In this document: positions 12,515 to 23,079 of the stretch, piece after piece
Layout of the letters: each line of letters begins with the position of its first letter
Position numbering within the stretch: the first letter of the stretch is position 1
Assembly (NCBI RefSeq): GCF_000315625.1
Contig: NW_005434657.1
Location: 939,430-1,003,429, forward strand
Origin: Guillardia theta CCMP2712
Taxonomy: Eukaryota; Protista; Cryptophyta
DNA: 64,000 nucleotides
Direction of reading: 5' to 3'
Notes under the pieces: generated by a model
Seen by the model: only the letters and a program-made list of their open reading frames with translations
What the model was told of the DNA's origin: nothing
Databases searched by the model: none
Made by a program: the position numbers and the translations under genes

Positions 12515-12835
12515 ACAGACGAACAAGGTCTGCGAGTCCCTTCAACAACCATATGAACTTTGTTTGCTTCGCAAACTGCACGATGCACCATCATCCGCAC
12601 CCTTATCACAAAAGCATCTTCTCCCCTTACCCCGCAGTTGTGCCATTATCCCATCCCGGTCAACATTACAAAAGTCACAAGGAGTCATTCTTATTCCATG
12701 CTGCATATCATCGAATATTCCAATCCGTTTGTACCGAACTACACCAAAACATCTCTACACTTTTCGCCCTCCCCCGCTCTTCCTAAGCAAGTCCACCACC
12801 GTCATCCACGACAAATGGCCAAACCTTGGCGTCGC
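12515..12835 (-). mobile_element. Second Crypton 3'-terminal fragment
   Basis: 321 bp nearly identical to 8513-8833 (one mismatch seen), with the same outer endpoint. Confidence 0.85.
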
Positions 12836-14760
12836 TCCAGGTCCTGTAAGTACTCTAGCTCTGACCGCTGCAGCACTGGTTGGAGATCGCTCCATGAGGT
12901 GCCTGTGATCGACTGCGGCTCCTATGATGCAGTCTTCTGCGGTCTCTGATATCAGGCTTACTGTGCGAGATGAATGATGAAGAGCGAAGACATGGTCTAA
13001 TTTGGCTTGGTGGTGGCCCTGTTTGTACCATGTGGAGAAGGTGAAATGCGAACTGCTTCTGCTCATCTTTTCGCAGGTGACCATCTGATATCGCCCCAGC
13101 TCATTTAAGTTTCGTTCCATTTCCTCATCTGCGCGGTGCACGTTCCGAAGCGAGTTGCTCCCGTACCCTACTCTCGTGCAGATCTCTGCAAGCTTTCGAG
13201 ATAGGGAAATGTAACGTTCGCCAACAATATTGTTTCTTTTTTGCGGCCAACGTGTAAAACCTGTATTCTTTTTTGGGAGACCTCGCGCTCCTCTTCCATG
13301 GCGAAGTGCCATGGCAGGGGGGGGCGAGGTGCAAGGTCAGCATGCGCTAATGTCATGAGGCGTAGGTCACTCTTACCCTTTCTCCCGCCCCCCGTGCCTT
13401 TCGTGATAAATACTCGATAGCATCCCCATTCCTTCTTGATCATCGTTCGGAGAGCTATCTCTTTCCTCTTCCCCCCTACCAAGACCTCCTGCAGCATTAC
13501 CACACTCGGCTGGTATGTCTCGATCAGGTATCCCAAGATGTGTTTCAGCACAAACTGGCTGCACCCATTAACATTTTGAAAGATGATGTTGCCTGGGGTG
13601 TTATCCTTTCTGTGCATCTCCACCCATGATGGTTGCTCTGATCTTTCTGTTCGCATTGCATTGTGAGGTTTTCTACCTGTTGTTAGTACTTGTTCCTCTT
13701 CCCTATTGGCCCATTGAAGTTGATGTGGTACTCCCCTTCGATCTCTTGCCGGAGAGTGCGTCTCCTCCTCCTCCCTAGTTCCCCTTGCATCGTTCGAAGC
13801 TTGTTCTTTGTGCGTGCCCGCTGGGGGGAGCGATGTGGCCTGAGGCGGCGGTGAGTCCATCTGTTCTGACCTTTCATATGTCCGCAGGTCCGCCATGTTT
13901 CTTGCTTGCCACGATTCTTGCTCTCCCTGCTCCATCTCTTGTGCCTGGGTCACCTCTGCTGCTTGCCATTCCTTGTACCCTTTATCTTGCGCGTGTTGTA
14001 AAGCTCTGCAGATGCCTTTGATCGTTTCTCGCATGCGCACTTTTCCTGGATCCTCCACCCAAAGCGCATCCAGCAGCAGGTGCCTCATCCTCTCGAGCCA
14101 TTGCTGGGGTGGGGGGACGCCTTGCTGCCTACCTGTTTTTGAGATGTCTCGTTGTGTCGGTCTGTTTGTCTTAGCGATCAGCAGCAAATGCAACAGTATG
14201 AAGATCCCACAGTTGTGATTGTCTGTTTGTTGTAGCTCAGTTGACAGGTAAACCCGCCATGTCGTTGCATGTTCCTGCTGGTCGCTGAATGCCTCCGTGA
14301 CAATCGTCGCCGCGAGTGTGGCTAAGTCCATTCGTTGTGCGCCCTCCAGCTGAAACTGTGCCTCCCTTTGACTTCTGACAATCCCCAGGTCTCTCTCAGC
14401 CATGCTGAGTGAGTCAACAATGCGTATTCTTTTTGTGTCAAAATCTGCCATTAGTAAAATCCAATGATTGCCATTCTCTACGCACGGGAATAAGAATGGC
14501 TGAGCTGCCCCGGCTAGTAGTCGCTTTGCTCTCTTTGTCCTCCCCTCTTGATCTCTCAAACAAGCTACTATTCGCGGGAGGACAATAGTCCCTCTCGGCG
14601 ATTCGACCTGGTTTCTAGTTTGCGCGCTCGCGTACCTCTTGTCTCGTAGCCATGCTATTTGAAATCTGTCTTCCACTGGTTGGATACCTTCGCATTTGAA
14701 ATCTGTCTTCCACTGGTTGGATACCTTCGCTCGTCTGCACACTAGTGCCCTGGTCATCAT
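12836..14760 (-). mobile_element. Non-LTR retrotransposon fragment: Ulp1/C48-like cysteine protease plus AP endonuclease (frameshifted)
   Basis: NHWILL..IVDSL..QQTDNHNCG protease motifs, then FQNVNG, VMLQE, FTFSTWYKQ, AKLDHV and AVDHR APE motifs; clearly homologous to the 58.2 kb ORF. Confidence 0.8.
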
Positions 14761-14769
14761 AAGACCTGG

Positions 14770-15905
14770 CCTCCATCTGCCGTTGCCTGTCTGCTATAAA
14801 TTCGGACAGGTACCGCTGCCTGGCATCATCACCCCACTACGGCACCAGCGTCAATCCCTGCCCGCACAACTCCTACAGCCTTGCCGGCTCTATCTCTTCG
14901 GACAACTGCACTTGCAGATACGGCTGGCTGGCCGAGCTGGACTTGCCAGTACGGCAGCAACTTCTACAACTGCTCCGCTGGCAAGTCGTCCAGGAGCTTC
15001 GAACCTGCCCGGCAACAATGACGACGCAGTTTACTGGCAACACGACGATCAGCAACTGCGTCTGCGCTTCAGGCCTGACCTTCAACCTGACAGATCTATG
15101 CGTACCATGCCCGCTGGCGACCTACAAGACCAACTTCAGCCTGTACGGTTGCCAGCCCTGCCCGCGCTTCTTCACTACGTCTTACAACGCACAGTCTGCA
15201 CTTGTCCGAAGGGAAGCGAGCTAGATATCGAAAGCTGCAAGCTCTGTCCTGTTGGTGGGTACAAGAACACAACGTCGTTTGACTCCTACTACCCCTGTCC
15301 GCTCTTCTTCAGCACGGCTTAGAATGGCAGCACCAACTTCAACAACTGCAGCTGCGAAGCTACGTTCTACAGAGGAGCGGAGACTGTCTGCACTTGCGCG
15401 CTGGGCAAGACGCTCCACGGCGAAATCTGCGTCAGTTGCGACATCAACACCTACAAAGACTTCATCAGATACAATGCCTGTATCAACTGTTCGCCAAACT
15501 CCATAACGCTTTCCAACAAACCTTCGTCCTTTGATCAGTGTCTTGCTATCGCTGGCTATTACCGAAACGGAACCAACTTTTTCCAGTGCCCGCAAGCCAC
15601 CTACAAGCCCGCTGTCGGGAATACCAACTGCCCGATTGGCTCTACCACCTTTATACTGGCGCTACACTTGCGGCAAACTGCGTGTCGGATCTTGGATATC
15701 ACCAGAAAAGCGACGGAAGCTTCGCCGCCTGAGCCATCGGGACTTATTCCGACACGACTCTCATCAACACGACGTCCTGCAAGACCTGCTTCCTTGGTTC
15801 TACCACTGCCAGCACAACGGCTACGACTTCCAGTCTCTGCATTGCCGACCTTGGCTACTATGGCAGCAGCGGCGTTTTCATCCAGTGCGCTATTGGGACC
15901 TACAG
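14770..15905 (+). pseudogene. Cys-rich surface protein fragment 3 (GCC2/ephrin-receptor-like repeats, frameshifted)
   Basis: CVPCPLATYK..CQPCP, CKLCPVGGYK, CINCSPNS; ends CAIGTY at the LTR insertion. Confidence 0.75.
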
Positions 15906-16176
15906 TGTTGTATCCATGAGGATCCGGAACCACGGATACTCGTCGGATACTCTGCCGGATATTCCCTATATAGGCGGACGCATCTCGTGCGGACGGCCTC
16001 CTGAATTTCCCCCACTTGCATGCACAGTGAGTGTGGTGGTTGTGCGTAGTTTACCTCCTAGTAAACTTAGAGACTTCTATTTCCTGCTTCTCAATCTTCT
16101 TCATCCTTACTTTACTCGTGTCGTTGACAATCTCTGTGTTGTGTATACAACATTCTGGAAGCGAAGTGGTTGATTC

Positions 16177-17724
16177 ATGACCTCGAAACAAGGAAGAGGA
16201 GGAAAGAAACCTCAGCCGGAAAGGAGCCCTCAACCTCGATCTAAGCAATCAGGAGCATTTCAAACAGAAATTGCTGAAGAGAGTTCTGAGGAAGAAGTCG
16301 AATGGAGCGAGCGGCTGCAGCTGCAGCAGCAGCAGCTTTCTCCGAGTCAGACCAGTGGATCTTTGACTCAACCTTATAGGGATGGAGATGTACAACGTGA
16401 AGCGCTGTCTAGCGCGGATCAACGGGCCCGAAACAAGAGGGATACTCCCTTGCGAAGTATTCTGCGATCAGAGGAGGCAACTCAGAGAGCAGCCTCCCCT
16501 GCAACATCGGTACGTCTGCCAAGCTCGGAAAATTTTTCATCCGACCCCGTCATGTCCTCGCCAGTGGCGCAGGACCGAGCTCTTCTCCTTCTTCGTCGAA
16601 TGTGTGCCCTCCTGGCTGACACCACGCAGGACGAGCGTTTCCACATGCTCGCCAATGCTGCCGACGAATTTGCGACAGCCGGCGCTGCTGCAACACCAGA
16701 GCTCCCGCATCTCGCACGAAAAGTTACCCTGCAAGATGCTAATGCTGATATCTATTCAGCTGAGGAATCAGCTAGCGCTGAATCCTCTGATCAGGAACCA
16801 GTCCTCTCCAATCGGACTCTCGTGAATGTGCTAACGAACTCCAAGAGTTTCAATTCCAGCCGCATTCCGATGTACAAAGGTTTTGCTGATCCCCGCTCTG
16901 TCGAAGAATTCCTTCGTCAGTGCAACCGCGAATTAATCGCTCAAGAGATCCCAACTCGCAAATGGGTGAAGAGCATCACGCCGTTGTTCACCAACGAAGT
17001 GATGGTGGTGGTAGAACGTAAGTACGGAAAGAGTCTCGAGGCCATCAACAAGCTTAAATGGGATGAATTTTCAACTCATCTAAGTTCGTGTCTAGCCCCA
17101 ATGCGGCAAGCCAAGAATTATCAGACTCAGCTTGATCAGCTCAAGCAGCAGCCCAACGAATCCGCCTGGGCGTACTTGACTCGCGCCACGACACTCTTCG
17201 CAACGCTCGAATCGCAGGTAGGGTCTGCCATCCTGTACTTCAACGATCAGCCACTCCGGAAATTCATCAAGGGATTTTCGCATACGCCGACGCGCACGTC
17301 TATCCACACATGGTTTACGATTTATCGCAGTCAGTACGGACACGGAGAAGACATGTTCTCTCGCCTAGTCACTTTCATCACAGCTCTTCTGGACGATGGT
17401 GAACCGCTAACAGTGTCTAAGCAGCCTAACTCAGCTGCTGCTAACGCTGCGCAGACCTCTTCGCACACGAAGGCCAAAGCCAACGGTGGGCAGAACAAGA
17501 AGAAGTCCAACGGTAAAGAAAACCAGCGCAAGCAGAAGTCCATCCGTTGTTTTTACTGTCAAGAACCGGGTCACATCAAGCCGGACTGCGAGCAGTACAA
17601 GCGCGAAGTCGCTCTCCAACAGGAGCGCCATGCTGATGAGAAACTCATGGCAACCCAGCATGAACAGCATGTTCAGCTTTTAGCTGCTCTTCAACCGCTC
17701 GCGACGCGTGCGGGAAACGAGTAG
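16177..17724 (+). CDS. gag: Gag with CCHC zinc knuckle
   Basis: QLKQQPNESAWAY capsid motif, CFYCQEPGHIKPDC. Confidence 0.93.
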   Translation: MTSKQGRGGKKPQPERSPQPRSKQSGAFQTEIAEESSEEEVEWSERLQLQQQQLSPSQTSGSLTQPYRDGDVQREALSSADQRARNKRDTPLRSILRSEEATQRAASPATSVRLPSSENFSSDPVMSSPVAQDRALLLLRRMCALLADTTQDERFHMLANAADEFATAGAAATPELPHLARKVTLQDANADIYSAEESASAESSDQEPVLSNRTLVNVLTNSKSFNSSRIPMYKGFADPRSVEEFLRQCNRELIAQEIPTRKWVKSITPLFTNEVMVVVERKYGKSLEAINKLKWDEFSTHLSSCLAPMRQAKNYQTQLDQLKQQPNESAWAYLTRATTLFATLESQVGSAILYFNDQPLRKFIKGFSHTPTRTSIHTWFTIYRSQYGHGEDMFSRLVTFITALLDDGEPLTVSKQPNSAAANAAQTSSHTKAKANGGQNKKKSNGKENQRKQKSIRCFYCQEPGHIKPDCEQYKREVALQQERHADEKLMATQHEQHVQLLAALQPLATRAGNE

Positions 17725-17792
17725 CGGCGGCAGGCAACGAGAGGGGAGCATCACTTGCTCCTCCTGCCGCTGGTCTTTGCCCCAGCCCTCTC
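17712..17792 (+). promoter_or_regulatory. -1 programmed ribosomal frameshift signal
   Basis: G GGA AAC heptamer in the gag frame; downstream stem GCGGCAGG/CCTGCCGC with inner hairpin GGAGCA/TGCTCC and possible pseudoknot pairing GAGAGGG/CCCTCTC. Confidence 0.85.
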
Positions 17793-20700
17793 TTACCAGG
17801 TAGCAGCGCTTTACCTCCTCATCGGAGCTCGCTAAGCCATTTCGTGCTGCCGCCTGATCGGAACGCGTCGTGCTCAACGGCCGCGTCCCTTCCTACGGGT
17901 CAACTACATGTTTGCCCCTGCTTAGCCCTCAGCCGTGGCGACGCCTCCGCGCCGCTTCAGCTCGCCTTACCCGATCTTATTCGGCTCCCCGTTAGCGTCA
18001 GCTCTTCCCGAGTTCACGCTCACCAGACCGTTGCCCTGCTCGATCACGGCGCGACGATCAATATCATGTCTCAGCAGCTTTTTCAGCAGCTGGGCCTCTC
18101 CGAGACTCTGCTACAGCGTGATACGCAGTTCACCGTGCAAGTTGCGGACGACCGCCAAGTGCAAACCCTCGGCGCCGTCTCGCTCGCCTATCGCATCGGC
18201 CGCTTTTCAAGCAAAGATACGTTTCATATCTTGCCACGTTGTTCTCAACCCCTGATCTTGTCTCTCCAGTGGATACATCGCCACAACGCTGTATACGTTC
18301 CGCGGACCCGAGAAGTGTTCGTCGATTCCCCCAAAGCTCGACGAGCCCCTCCGATTAGCTTGCCAGTTCAGCATCAAGTGCCCTACAAGGACTCGGTCTT
18401 AGCTGTGACAACCGTCTCGCTCACCGATGCTCACGCTCTGCGCGTCGCCAATCCTAATGAGGAATGGTTCTTGTTGCACCTGCATGTCCCAACGACAGCT
18501 TCCGCCTCGGCCTCTTCCGCCGACCCGCCAGTGGGCGCCCCCGCTCACCTTGCTCAAGCCCTCTCTGAGGAATTCGCCGACGTCCTCGTCGACGACCTGC
18601 CGCAAGGACTTCAGATCAACCGTCCCCCTCAGTTTGACGCTCACATTCAGCTCAAGCCAGGGACCTTGCCCATCAACCGCAGGCCATATCGCATCCCCCT
18701 TCATCTTGAAGGAGAACTCCAGGCTACCATCGCGTACATGCTCGAACACGACATCATCGAACCATCCAATAGTGAGTTTGCCTTTCCTGTGCTTTTCAGT
18801 CGACGTCCCAACGATCCACGCTCCCCAACTGATCCCAAAAGCTACCGCTTTTGCTGCGACCTTCGCCGCTTGAACCAAGTCGTCTTGAATCAGCAGACCG
18901 CCGCAACTCCTACCGTCGATGAGATGTTGGAAAAGATCGCCGACACCGTCCGTCAAGGCAAAGCCCGTCGCAACACCGATGAGCAGCTATGCATCACTAC
19001 GCTTGATTGTATCAAGAGTTTTTGGCAGGTACTCGTACGTGTTCCTGATCGCCGATATCTCGCGTTCATCACACCGATTGGTCACTACCAATACAAGCGC
19101 CTACCATTTGGATTCATCACTGCCAGCAGCATATTCCAAGGATTCATCCAGCAGGTCCTCCATGATCTACCCCACACGTTTGCATACATCGACGACATCG
19201 TCATCGCTACGTATTCCACCTGGGAAGCTCATGCAGATCACGTTCGCGCCGTGCTTCAACGCTGTCGCGAGCATCAGGTCTTCCTTAAGAGAGAGAAAGC
19301 TCAATTCTTTCGCACTAGTGTTGACTTCTTAGGTCACCGTGTCTCCGCCGACGGCGTGACGACCCAACACTCCAAGACGGCGGCTATCTCCGCGTGGCCG
19401 CTACCGACGACTACTAAACAAGTCAAGATGTTTCTTGGACTAGCTTCCTATTATCGAAAGTTCATCCGCAACTTCTCGACAATAGCAGCCCCTCTGACTG
19501 ACCTTCTCCGCAAGGGCGCTCAGTTTCAGTGGACTGCAGCATGTCAAAGCGCGTTCGACAACCTCAAGCAAGCTCTGACGTCTCAGCCCCTCCTGCATCA
19601 CTTCGACCCGTCCCTTCCGACCGAAGTGCACTGCGACGCGTCCAATGTCGGGATAGGAGGCGTACTTCTACAGCAGCCTCCCAACGCCCCCGCCCGCGTC
19701 ATCGGATTCTACAGTCGTAAGTTGACTCCGACCGAACAACGCTATCACGCGACCGAACGGGAGTTACTCGCAATCAAGGATACCATCCTTTTCTTCAAGT
19801 TCTACTTGATAGGGACTCCATTCAAGGTCTTTACTGATCATCAAGCTCTTACGTATTTCCAGACACAGAAAGACATCAACAGCAGATTGATTCGTTGGCT
19901 TCAAACGCTCAGCGAGTTTGCAATCACCGAGTACTGTTACGTCAAAGGTTCTCAGAACGTCGTCCCCGACGCTCTCAGCCGTCAAGATGAAGTTCCCCTC
20001 TCGACTGCAGTCGCTCCTCATCACGAGCAACTCTCTCGTCAAGAGGACGGCTTCTTGCTCGCCTTCACCGTCAGCGCCTTGCAGCCTTTGTCGGACCAGA
20101 TTCAAGCCGCCTACGAGACGTGCGACTTCTGTCGTCCTCTTATCCACCGTCTCCGCGCCAAGTCTTCCGTAACTTCTTTTCATCTGGATGATGAGCTTCT
20201 GTTTTATACAGATTCGTTGCGCCGCATCCGCCTGTGCATTCCGCAAGCATTGCGTCGAGAAGTTCTCTTCCGCGCCCACGACCTTCAGTCCCACCTCGGG
20301 TTTTCAAGAACCTACCTTCAGCTAGCAGCAACTGTTTATTGGCCCCAGCTTCGGAAAGATACCGAGCTTTACATCCTGTCATGCCAGCATTGTCTTCAAG
20401 GGAAATCTTATCGACAACGACCAATGGGTACTCCTCATTCCCACGCCGTTCCCTCGACACGCTTCGAAGTCGTCAGTCTCGACTTGCTGACCGGACTCCC
20501 ACGAACTCGAGATAAGAACGATGCAATTCTTCTCTTCATTGACGAGTTCACAGGGCGAGTTTATCTCACCCCTTGCCGTAAATCGATTACTTCTGAACAA
20601 GCTGCTCAAAAATTCATCGAAACCGTATTTCGATCCCAAGGCCTTCCTCAAGTCCTTATCAGCGACAACGCTGCCATCTTTTCGTCCAGATTCTGGAACG

Positions 20701-21599
20701 CGCTCTTCAAGATGCTCAACGTTCACGTGAAGCATTCGTCGCCTTTTATGCCTCAAAGCAACGGTCGACCCGAGCGTATGAACTCCGTCGTCCTCGAAGC
20801 TCTGCGTATCTACACCACGCAGTATCCTCGAGCCGATTGGGATAGGTACCTCCCCATCCTGGAGACTCACCTAAACTCAGCTGTTCGCCGTCCCATCGGT
20901 GCCAGCCCTTTCGAAGTCATGTTCGGCAAACCTATCAGGACACAACTCTCTCTGCCCTCACCTGACGATCATCAGGACGAGACCCTCGACTCCATTCGTG
21001 AAGCAACCGAAGTCAGCGCCGAAGCTGCCCGAGCTGCTCTCGAAACTGCAGCGCGAGCCACCGAAGCTCGCCTTGCGCAGGCCCGTCGTCCCTGCCGCTA
21101 TCAAGTTGGAGATCTGGTTTGGCTCTCTACCGCCAACCTCAACATCCCCGACGCCGCCTCGAAGCTCAACCCTCGCTTCGTTGGTCCCTTCCGCATCCTG
21201 GAATTTGTTTCAGACAACACCGTTCGTCTCGACGTCTCTCCTCGCTTCGCATCGATCAGAAACACCGTCATCAACATCAAGTGGCTTCGTCCGCATACAG
21301 AGCGCGACCCTGCCTATCAAGATCCCCAGCGACCACCCGAACCTCTGGCCACCAGAGACGGCTTGGAATACGAGATCGAGAGCATCCTCAGCAAACGTCG
21401 TCGCGGTCGAGGTATTCAGTACCTTGTTAAGTGGACAGGCTATGATCAAGTCAGTGAGAACAATTGGCTCCCTGCCCGTGAGTTGCAGAAGAAATCAGGT
21501 CTTCGCGAACTCATCCGTCAATTCGAAGAACGTGAAGCTCTTCAAGCTTTACCCTCCAACGCCTTGGACTCCTCCGACTCGTCTGAAGTGGAACTTTGA
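17712..21599 (+). CDS. pol: Pol (PR-RT-RNase H-IN-chromodomain), in the -1 frame relative to gag
   Basis: LLDHGA protease, YIDD RT, HCDAS RNase H, H..H..C..C and D,D35E integrase, GPF motif, YEIESIL..YLVKWTGY chromodomain; frame is open back through the slippery site. Confidence 0.95.
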   Translation, partial: GKRVAAAGNERGASLAPPAAGLCPSPLLPGSSALPPHRSSLSHFVLPPDRNASCSTAASLPTGQLHVCPCLALSRGDASAPLQLALPDLIRLPVSVSSSRVHAHQTVALLDHGATINIMSQQLFQQLGLSETLLQRDTQFTVQVADDRQVQTLGAVSLAYRIGRFSSKDTFHILPRCSQPLILSLQWIHRHNAVYVPRTREVFVDSPKARRAPPISLPVQHQVPYKDSVLAVTTVSLTDAHALRVANPNEEWFLLHLHVPTTASASASSADPPVGAPAHLAQALSEEFADVLVDDLPQGLQINRPPQFDAHIQLKPGTLPINRRPYRIPLHLEGELQATIAYMLEHDIIEPSNSEFAFPVLFSRRPNDPRSPTDPKSYRFCCDLRRLNQVVLNQQTAATPTVDEMLEKIADTVRQGKARRNTDEQLCITTLDCIKSFWQVLVRVPDRRYLAFITPIGHYQYKRLPFGFITASSIFQGFIQQVLHDLPHTFAYIDDIVIATYSTWEAHADHVRAVLQRCREHQVFLKREKAQFFRTSVDFLGHRVSADGVTTQHSKTAAISAWPLPTTTKQVKMFLGLASYYRKFIRNFSTIAAPLTDLLRKGAQFQWTAACQSAFDNLKQALTSQPLLHHFDPSLPTEVHCDASNVGIGGVLLQQPPNAPARVIGFYSRKLTPTEQRYHATERELLAIKDTILFFKFYLIGTPFKVFTDHQALTYFQTQKDINSRLIRWLQTLSEFAITEYCYVKGSQNVVPDALSRQDEVPLSTAVAPHHEQLSRQEDGFLLAFTVSALQPLSDQIQAAYETCDFCRPLIHRLRAKSSVTSFHLDDELLFYTDSLRRIRLCIPQALRREVLFRAHDLQSHLGFSRTYLQLAATVYWPQLRKDTELYILSCQHCLQGKSYRQRPMGTPHSHAVPSTRFEVVSLDLLTGLPRTRDKNDAILLFIDEFTGRVYLTPCRKSITSEQAAQKFIETVFRSQGLPQVLISDNAAIFSSRFWNALFKMLNVHVKHSSPFMPQSNGRPERMNSVVLEALRIYTTQYPRADWDRYLPILETHLNSAVRRPIGASPFEVMFGKPIRTQLSLPSPDDHQDETLDSIREATEVSAEAARAALETAARATEARLAQARRPCRYQVGDLVWLSTANLNIPDAASKLNPRFVGPFRILEFVSDNTVRLDVSPRFASIRNTVINIKWLRPHTERDPAYQDPQRPPEPLATRDGLEYEIESILSKRRRGRGIQYLVKWTGYDQVSENNWLPARELQKKSGLRELIRQFEEREALQALPSNALDSSDSSEVEL

Positions 21600-21925
21600 A
21601 TCCTGTCGTTCATCTCCTCATGGTAAGAGCGAAGGACAAGTTGGAACTAAGTTGTCAAGCGCAGATGGAGCGATGTTGTATCCATGAGGATCCGGAACCA
21701 CGGATACTCGTCGGATACTCTGCCGGATATTCCCTATATAGGCGGACGCATCTCGTGCGGACGGCCTCCTGAATTTCCCCCACTTGCATGCACAGTGAGT
21801 GTGGTGGTTGTGCGTAGTTTACCTCCTAGTAAACTTAGAGACTTCTATTTCCTGCTTCTCAATCTTCTTCATCCTTACTTTACTCGTGTCGTTGACAATC
21901 TCTGTGTTGTGTATACAACATACAG

Positions 21926-23075
21926 CGATCAGATCGGACTTACTGTCTGCAAATCATGCGCTGCGGACCAGACAATGCATGGTGTCACGACAAGCCTGCA
22001 AGACTGCGGAGCTATGACTGGCAATTCGCTCTGCACGGGCGGACAGTCTAGCTATCACTCTGGCAATCACAATCTTGGTAACTTCATGCATACAAAACGC
22101 GTCGCAACGCGCTATTGGTGGATAGACTTTGGCAGCAGCAAGGATGTTCAGTCAGTAATGATGTGGAGTAGGAAAAGTTGCTGTTGGTTGCGAGATGGCG
22201 GTGACAAGATCTATGTTGGCAACTCTCTGACGCCTACCAGCAACAGTCTGTGTGGGGCAATAGCAGCATAGCTATGCCAACACTGTCAACTGCAAGTTCT
22301 CCGGTCGTTATCTGTTTGTTTACTTCAGCGGATACAATCCACAGCCCGATTATTGCATGAACTGTGCCAGAACTGCCCACTGGGTTATTTCCAACCGCAC
22401 AAACTGTAGCCCCTGTGCGATCGGCTTTTATCCTGCATTGACGATTGCTTTTGCACAATCTTCGGAATTTTATTTGGCAGGATCATCACGTCGGAAAGGA
22501 ATGCAAATTTCAGCCTATCAGAATGCCAATCAGAACTGCACGGATTGTCCCGCTGTGTACGAATGCCAAGCCTGCCCGGCCGAGAGCTATTCCAGCGCTG
22601 GCGCTTCCTTCTGCACGTCATGCCCGGCGCAGATGCGTAGCTCTAACTCCTCTACTACCATGCCTGCGACGCATTTCTGGCTGTGGATTCGGGTCTTACT
22701 GCAACAGTTCGATTGGACAGTGCGTTTTCTGCGAAGCTGGCAATCTAAGCCCTGCGTACGGATTAGCCAACAGCGGGCGATGCGACAACACCAGCAGCGG
22801 TACGGCGAACAAATGCCTGCTAACGGCGAAACTGGCTACTGCGCTGCTTGTCCTGCTGCGAAATATCTACCTTGGCCCAGATATGCAAGCTTTGGAGCCG
22901 ACCAATGTAAGAAAATATCGAAAACCTGTCCTACTGATTCATACATGAAAATATCTACTGGAAGTTTACCAACGCAGGCGGTGATCAAACACGGTACCAA
23001 GTCAATGTTACAGTGCCATCGTTAGTCGAGTGTATCTGTGGCGGTGGAGCCGGTGGTAACATAACATCTGGCTGC
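21926..23075 (+). pseudogene. Cys-rich surface protein fragment 4 with F-type lectin/discoidin-like domain
   Basis: Resumes in frame across the LTR TSD (CAIGTYS-DQIGLTVCKSC); HT..WWIDFG..V.MWSRKSCC..R..IYVGNS lectin-like segment; more CxxCP repeats with stops and frameshifts. Confidence 0.75.
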
Positions 23076-23079
23076 CTGT

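Larger units (their letters stand above)
15906..21920 (+). mobile_element. Full-length Ty3/gypsy chromovirus LTR retrotransposon, recent insertion
   Basis: Apparently identical 247-bp LTRs (15906-16152, 21674-21920), TGTTGTAT/ATACAACA ends, TSD TACAG (15901-15905, 21921-21925), intact gag and pol. Confidence 0.97.

Noticed and set aside
12111-13312. ORFs 12111-12908 (+) and 12755-13312 (-) as genes
   Set aside because: They read through junctions between unrelated insertions
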